Shown here in pieces: positions 56,599 through 64,000 of a DNA stretch of 64,000 nt (position 1 is its first letter; every line of letters starts with the position of its first letter). Location: NCBI GenBank assembly GCA_016201505.1, contig JACQCQ010000002.1:12750-76749 (forward strand), given 5' to 3'. The notes below the pieces were generated by a model. It saw only the letters and a list, made by a program, of their open reading frames with translations. It did no database searches and was not told the origin of the DNA. This DNA comes from Candidatus Sungiibacteriota bacterium (GTDB taxonomy: Bacteria; Patescibacteriota; Minisyncoccia; Sungbacterales; JACQCQ01). Both the position numbers and the translations under genes were made by a program.

Positions 56599-58041
56599 AT
56601 GAGTTCATTCATGCGTCAGTACCGGTTTATTGTGGCGATATGTTTGGTGGGCTTCATATTGCGTTTGGGGCTGTTCCTGGTTTTTTTGCATCAGGGCGGG
56701 GAAGAAAATTTACTCGTGGTTGACGCCGGCCAGTATTTTCAAATAGCGAAAAATCTTTTGGCAGGCAACGGCTTTTCCATGTCATATGCGCCGCCCTATT
56801 TGATTGACGGGGTGCGGACGCCTCTTTATCCTCTCTGGCTCGCCTTCTTTTATGGGTTGACGCATCACATCTGGCCGGCAGTTCTGGTTCAAATTATTTT
56901 AAACAGCCTTCTGCCATTTTTTGTCTACTCAATTGGAAAACGATTTATAAAAGACAAAAGAGTATTGTTTCTGGCACTCACGCTTACGGCGCTTGAGCCG
57001 AATCTGGTGTATTACACGAGCGTAGTCGGAACCGAAGGCTTATTTATTCCTTTATTTACGATCAACCTTTGGTTTTTGATGCGCTGCCTTGACGGAGGCC
57101 GTACACTAAGAAATGCTCTATACGCGGGCGCTTTTCTCAGTCTGGCAACACTTACGCGGCCCATTAGTCAATTCTTCTTCATTATCGGCGGACTTTTTTT
57201 ATTTTTCGTCACTCGCTATCTGCATCAGAATTGGCGGCGAGCGATTATGATCTCGCTCGCCTATGTCGTAATTTTTCTTTTGGTTATCAGTCCCTGGGTG
57301 TTAAGAAATTGGATTGAATTTAAATCAGTCTCTCTTTCTTCATTTACCTGGCTCAACTTCTACTCGCGTACCGCCTCCTCCGTGGTTGCGCTCCGCGATC
57401 ATAAGACCTATGGCGAGGCTTACCAGGAATTGTATGATGACTTACTTCGCGCGGGGATCATCAAAAATACCTATGATGAAAAGGAGCTGATCAAATTAAA
57501 CAGCTTCTCCGTCCAACCCGAATTGCGTCGGAGGGCCATCGACATCATAAAATCCGACCCCTCGGCAGTGCCAAAGATTTACGCTGTGACATTTTTCAAC
57601 GTTTTAACCCAAGACAACACCTATCTTGTGTTGCATCAGCTGGGAATTCTGCCAGGCGTTTCAGGGTCGGTTTCGCCCTCTCTGCTTCTTTTCCAGCGGG
57701 GGATTAAACCGGCATTGGCCACAGTTATAACGTTGGCTAGAAATCCTGTCTATGTTGTTCTCTATTCAGGTCGAGCAATTTGGTTTTTGATTACTCTACT
57801 GGCGCTCCTCGGTATTGCGGCCTCTCTAAGAAATGCGGACTGGCGCGTGCGATCCGTTGCAACTCTGCTAGCCGTTACATTACTGTACTTTTTTATTCTT
57901 GCGCTGCCCGCAACGGCTTCAGTTGATGCGCGACTCCGTGTTCCCACCGAAGCTTTTGAGATGATCTTTATATCTCTTGGCTTTTTCACGTCTGCTCGAT
58001 ATCTTAAAAAGGGAATAATGTATGAGCCGGAACATTTCTAA
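56599..58041 (+). CDS. Multi-TM GT-C (ArnT/PMT-like) glycosyltransferase
   Basis: DA.QY..IA.NL, RTPLYP, TEGLF, TRP, PW..RN, ARLR.P. Confidence 0.78.
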   Translation: MSSFMRQYRFIVAICLVGFILRLGLFLVFLHQGGEENLLVVDAGQYFQIAKNLLAGNGFSMSYAPPYLIDGVRTPLYPLWLAFFYGLTHHIWPAVLVQIILNSLLPFFVYSIGKRFIKDKRVLFLALTLTALEPNLVYYTSVVGTEGLFIPLFTINLWFLMRCLDGGRTLRNALYAGAFLSLATLTRPISQFFFIIGGLFLFFVTRYLHQNWRRAIMISLAYVVIFLLVISPWVLRNWIEFKSVSLSSFTWLNFYSRTASSVVALRDHKTYGEAYQELYDDLLRAGIIKNTYDEKELIKLNSFSVQPELRRRAIDIIKSDPSAVPKIYAVTFFNVLTQDNTYLVLHQLGILPGVSGSVSPSLLLFQRGIKPALATVITLARNPVYVVLYSGRAIWFLITLLALLGIAASLRNADWRVRSVATLLAVTLLYFFILALPATASVDARLRVPTEAFEMIFISLGFFTSARYLKKGIMYEPEHF

Positions 58042-59437
58042 ACCTCTTGTATACATTTATATAATTTCCCTAATCCTGCATCTTGCGGTATTTTCATTTT
58101 TCTTATTAAAACAAGGAGAAATCGGAGGACTCTTTGTGGTTGACGCCTCGGATTATGTCGGTGAGGCAAAAAATATCGCCGATGGCCATGGATTCTCGGT
58201 TACGCCGGAGGCGCCGTATATTCCCAATGCCACAATCGGACCTCTCTATCCTCTATATCTTTCAATTTTCTATCGATTTACGGGCCACTTTTGGCCGGCA
58301 GTACTTGTGCAGAATATTATTGCGAGCTTTATCCCTATTCTTGTTTTTCTTATCGGTTCTTATTTTATTTTAGACAGGCGGATTCTTTGGGGCGCGGCAT
58401 TATTTTCGGCGATCGAGCCGAATCTCCTGTATTATACCAGTGTCGTGGCGAGCGAAGGGGTTTTTATTGTGCTGCTACTTCTTTCAATGCTCGCCTTCAT
58501 TCGATTTTTGAAAACCGATAAAAAAAGCTGGCTTATCGTGAGCGCCCTCATACTCGGCCTCACGGTGCTCTCGCGCATTGCCATCCAATATCTCGTTGGC
58601 TTTTTGGCTTTTTGGCTTCTCGTTTATTTCATAAAGAAAAAATACAGTACTAAAGTAATTATTCAGAACTTAGCCATTCTCTTACTCGTCTATTTCGCCT
58701 TTATTTCTCCCTGGATGATTCGAAATTGGCGCACGTTTGGACATACGGAACTCGCCACCACGGGCTGGATTGACCTTTATACCCGAACCGGCTCTTCAGT
58801 CCGGGCTTTGGTTGAAGGCACAAGTTACGGAGAAAGTTATCACCGGCAATTGCAGGATTTGGTTGACCAAGGGATTATTAAAGATGCCGATGAGCGGGAA
58901 ATGTACGGCTTTCAATTTCAGCCGTTACTAAAAGCGCAGACGCTCACCCTGTTCCGCGAGCATCCTGAAGAGCTCGTTAAAGTTTCCCTCATTTCATTTA
59001 TTTCTATTCTGACGCAGGACAACACCTATGTCTTCCTTCACCAGGCAGGAGTTTTGCCTGCGGTGCCCGGGAACGTCTCGCCTTCGCTCATCCTCTTTCA
59101 AAAAGGCATTCGCGGAGTTGTGGCAACGATGCTCACTCTCGCGAGAAACCAGGCCTATCTTGTGATTTACGCGGGGCGGATTCTCTGGGCGATTCTTACT
59201 GTTTTGTTTGCCGTCGGTGTCTATGCCCTGTGGAAGGCGAAAGAGAGCCGTGCTTTCATTTCATTTTTAATGCTGGTAATTTTCTACGTCTGGGGGATCT
59301 CAATTCCCTTGACCGCAAGTATCTCGGCTCGCTATCGAACGCCAATTATTCCTATTATGTCGCTTTTTATTGTTGTTGGCGCTTGGTATCTCGCCTATCG
59401 CATATTCTCTCGTTATGTCTCGCCGCGTTCCCAATAA
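58022..59437 (+). CDS. Multi-TM GT-C (ArnT/PMT-like) glycosyltransferase, paralog of the preceding gene
   Basis: Shares EPNL.YYTSVV, LTQDNTY, VSPSL.LFQ.GI and ARYR with 56599-58041. Confidence 0.78.
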   Translation: MSRNISKPLVYIYIISLILHLAVFSFFLLKQGEIGGLFVVDASDYVGEAKNIADGHGFSVTPEAPYIPNATIGPLYPLYLSIFYRFTGHFWPAVLVQNIIASFIPILVFLIGSYFILDRRILWGAALFSAIEPNLLYYTSVVASEGVFIVLLLLSMLAFIRFLKTDKKSWLIVSALILGLTVLSRIAIQYLVGFLAFWLLVYFIKKKYSTKVIIQNLAILLLVYFAFISPWMIRNWRTFGHTELATTGWIDLYTRTGSSVRALVEGTSYGESYHRQLQDLVDQGIIKDADEREMYGFQFQPLLKAQTLTLFREHPEELVKVSLISFISILTQDNTYVFLHQAGVLPAVPGNVSPSLILFQKGIRGVVATMLTLARNQAYLVIYAGRILWAILTVLFAVGVYALWKAKESRAFISFLMLVIFYVWGISIPLTASISARYRTPIIPIMSLFIVVGAWYLAYRIFSRYVSPRSQ

Positions 59438-61019
59438 AAAAATCGTCGTTGTTATGCCGGCCTATCACGCGGTGAGGACCTTAGAGCGGACGTTTAGGGC
59501 TATCCCCAGAGACTGGGTGGATGAAATTATATTGGTAGACGATGCTTCATCAGATGAAACAGCGAACCTTGCCAGATCGCTTGGGATTACGACCATTGTT
59601 CACCAAAAAAATAAAGGCTACGGCGGGAATCAAAAAACCTGCTATCAGGAAGCGCTGGCGCGCGGCGGCAATATTGTCGTCATGGTGCATCCCGATTTTC
59701 AGTATGATCCGAAATATATTCCTCAATTAATTGCGGAAATTGCGAGCGGCAGAGGCGATGCGTGTTTTGGGTCGCGTATGATTTTAGAGGGAGGTGCCAG
59801 AGCCGGCGGCATGCCCTGGTGGAAATTCATCTCTAACATTTTTCTCACCAAGATCGAGAACCTGATTTTAGGTCTTGGTTTGACAGAGTATCATTCTGGT
59901 TTCCGTTCTTATAGCCGTAAGGCCCTCGAGTCTTTACCGATTGAAGCTCTTTCTGATGGATTTATCTTCGATAGCGAGATTATTGTGGGCCTCCGGCTTT
60001 GTGGCTTTGGGATCCGTGAGATCCCCATAGAGACACGTTACTTTAAGGAGGCTTCTATGGTTGGTTTTGCAAAGAGCGTAGAGTACGGCTTCTCTATTTT
60101 GAAGCTTATGCTCGATTTTATTTTATTTCGTGCCGGATTTAGAGCAGATCCGCGTTTTCGCGTGGCACTACCTTTTTGTCCAGTTTGTAAAAGCCAAAGA
60201 ACTTTTCTCACGCACCCGGCCACCATTCTTTCGGTCGCTCATTATACCATCACCGAGGCTGCCAGAAATAAGCACTTCAATATTTTTGTCTGTCGCAATT
60301 GTGGCTCAGGTTTTCAGCCATTTCCTGGCGGGAGGCGAGCACTGCTTGATTTTTATACGATGCAACCAGAAGATACAACCTACTTACAAGAGGAAGCCGG
60401 AAGAAGAAAAAGCTTTGTCCGAGTGCTTCGTCGAATCAACCGTATAACGAAGAAGGGAAAAATTTTAGACATCGGGGCCGGGCCGGGGATTTTTTTAGAT
60501 GAGGCGAGGCTCCGGGGTTGGGAAGTTACCGGCATTGAACTATCAGAAGCTGCAGTCGGTATAGCCAAAAATCGATATGGCATCCGCATTATTGAGGGGG
60601 CTTTGGATGCGTTACATGTTTTCCCCGATCACTCATTTGATGCAATAACTGCTTTTGATGTCATTGAGCATCTCGAGGAGCCAAAAGAATTATTACAAGA
60701 AGCGGCGCGTCTTCTTACGGCTGATGGAATTCTTGTTTTAACTACGCCGAAATTTGATAGCCTTTTATCGCGCGTCTTACGATCCCGCTGGTATGCCATT
60801 CTTCCAGCGCACCTTTTTTACTTTACTAATCGTGGCATCGAACATCTCATAGAAGATTCTCAATTTTATTTAATCAAATCTCACTATTTTAGGCGCTACT
60901 TCTCCCTCTCGTATATTTTCGAGCGTGTTCGAGGCCGCCCGGCGGGGAAAAAAGCCGGGCTCGTTATTCCGCTCCAGCTTTTTGATGAGTTCGAGTTGTA
61001 TCTAAAAAAACACAGCTAG
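59415..61019 (+). CDS. GT2 (Dpm1-like) plus Zn-ribbon and SAM methyltransferase fusion
   Basis: VDDAS.D, GYGGNQK, HPD.QY; CPVC...CRNC; ILDIGAGPG, DVIEH. Confidence 0.87.
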   Translation: MSRRVPNKKIVVVMPAYHAVRTLERTFRAIPRDWVDEIILVDDASSDETANLARSLGITTIVHQKNKGYGGNQKTCYQEALARGGNIVVMVHPDFQYDPKYIPQLIAEIASGRGDACFGSRMILEGGARAGGMPWWKFISNIFLTKIENLILGLGLTEYHSGFRSYSRKALESLPIEALSDGFIFDSEIIVGLRLCGFGIREIPIETRYFKEASMVGFAKSVEYGFSILKLMLDFILFRAGFRADPRFRVALPFCPVCKSQRTFLTHPATILSVAHYTITEAARNKHFNIFVCRNCGSGFQPFPGGRRALLDFYTMQPEDTTYLQEEAGRRKSFVRVLRRINRITKKGKILDIGAGPGIFLDEARLRGWEVTGIELSEAAVGIAKNRYGIRIIEGALDALHVFPDHSFDAITAFDVIEHLEEPKELLQEAARLLTADGILVLTTPKFDSLLSRVLRSRWYAILPAHLFYFTNRGIEHLIEDSQFYLIKSHYFRRYFSLSYIFERVRGRPAGKKAGLVIPLQLFDEFELYLKKHS

Positions 61020-61020
61020 T

Positions 61021-61926
61021 TTATTTCCCCAAAGCAAACCGCTGGGACGGCGTAAGGCGTCTGGCTTCTTCTTCTAGTTTGGGCGAGAGCTTCAAGAGAA
61101 TCGGGCGCGGGGAGGCCTCGCTAAAATAACCGGCGGTAAACATCAGCCGCTCTTTCTCTTTGGCATAGCCTCCGCGATGGAGTCCGCTCGTATCGCAAAA
61201 CACAATCGTTCCCGCGCGTCCCGTGCAGGTCACGACTTCGCTTCGCGGGATGATCTTTTCGATGGCGCCATCCGGTGGATAATAGCCGTGCGGCGGACGC
61301 TGGCGAAAAATACTTCGCCACCTGCCGCCATAATGCGAATCTTTAATGTAGGTAAACGGACCGGTTAGATCATCGACGTCATTTAAATACAAAAAAATCT
61401 TGGTCATCTTTTTGTCTTCCGGATCGCGGTGCCAGCGTTGGGAGTCTTTGGGTGGCGCTTCGTTTCCGACGGGCAATGTGACGTTTAATGAGGTTATGAA
61501 AAACTTCGCGTACATTTCTAAATAGCCGTTGATCGTTGCCAGAATTTTTTCGTTTAACGCCAATTGAAAAAAGGGATTTGCAAGATCAATTTCCGGTAGC
61601 CGATTGAAGAGAGCCAAGAGAAAAGTCTTTTTGGCGCTGGGAACGGCTTTCATTCGTAAATTATTGGCATAGGCCTGGAGTTTAGGCAGCCATTCCGGCC
61701 CAAGCAGAATATCGAGATGTGAAATCGCAATTCCGTTTTGTTTCAGCTCGCTCGCAATTCGTTTTTCCTCCGCCCCCAAAGAGTGCTGGGTCGTATCGCC
61801 TTCGTACATGGCTCTCGATTTTCCATTCAGCCGCCACCAAATCGGCCAGACAGTGCGGACCAGGTAATAGGGCCGCAGCGTAGCGTTTTTAGCCTCAATA
61901 AGGTATGATTTGACGCGATGCGCCAT
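61021..61926 (-). CDS. 2OG-Fe(II) dioxygenase (PhyH-like)
   Basis: SQRWHRD (HxD), KIFLYLNDV, GPF, FCDTSGLHRG. Confidence 0.8.
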   Translation of the reverse strand: MAHRVKSYLIEAKNATLRPYYLVRTVWPIWWRLNGKSRAMYEGDTTQHSLGAEEKRIASELKQNGIAISHLDILLGPEWLPKLQAYANNLRMKAVPSAKKTFLLALFNRLPEIDLANPFFQLALNEKILATINGYLEMYAKFFITSLNVTLPVGNEAPPKDSQRWHRDPEDKKMTKIFLYLNDVDDLTGPFTYIKDSHYGGRWRSIFRQRPPHGYYPPDGAIEKIIPRSEVVTCTGRAGTIVFCDTSGLHRGGYAKEKERLMFTAGYFSEASPRPILLKLSPKLEEEARRLTPSQRFALGK

Positions 61927-61959
61927 AGATATCGTTACTATAACATACAAGCTTAGCCC

Positions 61960-62733
61960 ATGAAGAGTATAGCAGAGCAGGTCGCAACTCGGTACATCGG
62001 CGCTGGCCGATACTTTCGCGGTGAATATAAGAAAGACGGATTGGCTGCCATTGTTCTGCTTGGTAAAAAATTCCCGTTTTATAAAAATGTTGTCTACAAG
62101 TTTTATCAGCCCAGAAAATTCCAGCGGTATTTTTTAACTGATGATCAGTTCGGAAAATTCTTAGAGGGGACCATCTTGGATGTGGGGAGCAGGGAAGACA
62201 CGATGAAGAGCGTTTTAAAACGAAACGCGGTTTTGGTGGATAAAAACAATCCCAATTTACTTCCCTTCGACTGGGAAAAGGCAGACCTGCCCTTTCCGGC
62301 GAATTCGTTTGACACGGTCGTTTGTCTTGACACGTTAGAACATATTAACGATTTACATCGTTCATTCTATGATCTGCTCCGCGTATCTAAACATTATGTA
62401 ATTATTTCTCTTCCGAATCCCTGGAGGAAAACATTTAAGCGGATGCTTGGCGGGACATGGGATAAGGGGGACTATGGCCTGCCGCCTGAAAAACCTTTCG
62501 ATCGACATAAATGGTTTTTTAACACTGAAGATATAGAGTATTTTATTTTTTATAACTCCGTTACATCTCCGTATCCGTATGAAATAAGGGAACTTCGTTA
62601 TCACATTCCTGTAACCGTAAGGAAGCATAGAATAATGTATCCGCTAGCGCGCTTGATTCTCCCAGAACGATATATTAAAAATCTTTTCGTCAATACTTTT
62701 TTCTTTGTGATTGAAAAGAAAAACGGAAAATGA
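61960..62733 (+). CDS. Class I SAM methyltransferase
   Basis: ILDVGS, LPFPANSFD, DTLEHI, ISLPN. Confidence 0.85.
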   Translation: MKSIAEQVATRYIGAGRYFRGEYKKDGLAAIVLLGKKFPFYKNVVYKFYQPRKFQRYFLTDDQFGKFLEGTILDVGSREDTMKSVLKRNAVLVDKNNPNLLPFDWEKADLPFPANSFDTVVCLDTLEHINDLHRSFYDLLRVSKHYVIISLPNPWRKTFKRMLGGTWDKGDYGLPPEKPFDRHKWFFNTEDIEYFIFYNSVTSPYPYEIRELRYHIPVTVRKHRIMYPLARLILPERYIKNLFVNTFFFVIEKKNGK

Positions 62734-62754
62734 TGAGTTTGAGTTCTATATATC

Positions 62755-64000
62755 ATGGTTCTGGATAAAAAATCATTTTCCCGAAATGTTGCAGAGGCCT
62801 TCGCCTGGTCTTCCGCCGGATCATGGATCATACGAGTAGTTGGGATTTTCACCACAGTCTTGGTGCTGGCGCAGTTTTCCTTGCGGGATTATGGGACGTA
62901 TCAATTAGTTCTTGCCGCTTGGGGCCTTTTATTTTCGTTTTCGCTTCAGGGAGTTGATCAAATTGTGGTAGCGGAGGGGGCTCGTATCACTGGCAAAGAT
63001 GAATATGCAGCCGTCCTTCTTGGACAGGGTTATTTTCTTTTTAAGTTATTCTCAAGTGCCATATTATTCACTCTGCTGTATCTTGGGGCACATATTCTCT
63101 CAGGTTGGTATAGTCTCGATATTGTTTCTTTACTAAAGGTCCTTTCGCTTTCATTCATCGCAGTTCCATTTGAGCGCTTGATAAATTATCATCTTGCGCG
63201 GCATTTAAAATTTTTCCAGACAAGCCTGTACACCGTCCTCGAGGAGGTTTCAAAATTTGTCCTTATCGCGGTCGTTCTATTATTATTTCACTTCCGCATC
63301 GGAGCTGTTCTTGCGGCAACTGCATTGTCTGCTATTGGGACCATGATCGTATTTATTCCCATAGTACCGCGGAAGTATTTTTATTTTTCACGCCATTCGC
63401 TTTCATCGCTTTTCCATTTAATTATAGTCAGACACGGAAAATGGAATATCTTTCAAAAGTATATTCGCCAAACCGAGAAAAATATCCGTCCCATCTTTGT
63501 TGAGTATTTTATTGGCCGCGAAGGAGTGGCTTTATTTTCGGTTGCGGAAAAGCTTTTTAACACATTTGCTGATCTCTTCCCTATCTCGGATGTACTCACG
63601 CCCATTCTTTCAACCGAGCTTGAAAATCGCGCCCGTTTGCAACGCACGTTAGAACGTGTTTTTAAATATACATTTCCGTTGTTGGCGATAATTTCTACTG
63701 TGGTCGCACTAGTTGCTCCTTTTATACTTGCGTACGCATTTCCTCAGTACATACCGGCATTGTCCCTCTTTAATATTTTGCTGTTTTATATACCCTTTCT
63801 TGGCTTGGGCTATACGCTTACGTCACTTTATTTTTCTCAGCGGGAACAAAAAGAGGCATTTTATTTAATTTTGATACGCTTTGGCTTGTATGTGGTGACC
63901 GCGCCGCTTCTTTTGAAGACGCTTGGTCTTTGGGGAGTTGCCATTGAATATAGTGCCACCCTCATTTTTTTCGATATTCTTCGATATTGGTCCCTGGTTC
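62755..64000 (+). CDS. Wzx/MOP-family oligosaccharide flippase (partial, runs off the window)
   Basis: ORF from ATG 62755, MVLDKKSFSRNVAEAFAWSSAG...DYGTYQLV; many TM segments. Confidence 0.8.
   Translation, partial: MVLDKKSFSRNVAEAFAWSSAGSWIIRVVGIFTTVLVLAQFSLRDYGTYQLVLAAWGLLFSFSLQGVDQIVVAEGARITGKDEYAAVLLGQGYFLFKLFSSAILFTLLYLGAHILSGWYSLDIVSLLKVLSLSFIAVPFERLINYHLARHLKFFQTSLYTVLEEVSKFVLIAVVLLLFHFRIGAVLAATALSAIGTMIVFIPIVPRKYFYFSRHSLSSLFHLIIVRHGKWNIFQKYIRQTEKNIRPIFVEYFIGREGVALFSVAEKLFNTFADLFPISDVLTPILSTELENRARLQRTLERVFKYTFPLLAIISTVVALVAPFILAYAFPQYIPALSLFNILLFYIPFLGLGYTLTSLYFSQREQKEAFYLILIRFGLYVVTAPLLLKTLGLWGVAIEYSATLIFFDILRYWSLV

Overview
This 64-kb window looks like a chromosome segment from a Patescibacteria/CPR-type (probably Parcubacteria) bacterium. 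That assignment is an inference from gene content, protein styles and repeat families. Gene content from left to right: a thymidylate cassette (dCMP-deaminase tail, DHFR-HIT fusion, thyA); gatB; tRNA-Gly, tRNA-Thr and tRNA-Gln; prfB with its +1 frameshift; ftsEX; alr; msrA; a redox/Fe-S block (ahpC, iscS, intein-containing iscU/nifU, ferredoxin, Rieske protein, SOD, Nfu); htrA; clpB; a wHTH regulator; a large S-layer-like gene behind a ~625-nt structured leader; and a ~24-kb glycan biosynthesis cluster. The most striking unexplained signal is a family of inverted-repeat-bounded insertions. Some carry a ~95-aa GIY-YIG nuclease and others are ~100-bp empty shells, several with 4-bp target duplications. 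They sit at or near the termini of conserved genes (gatB, prfB, tRNA-Gly, tRNA-Gln, iscS, ferredoxin, nfu). In each case the gene remains intact through a duplicated or recoded replacement end, a complete replacement tRNA, or a start or stop codon supplied by the element. All calls come from reading the sequence and the ORF track by eye; no database searches were run.
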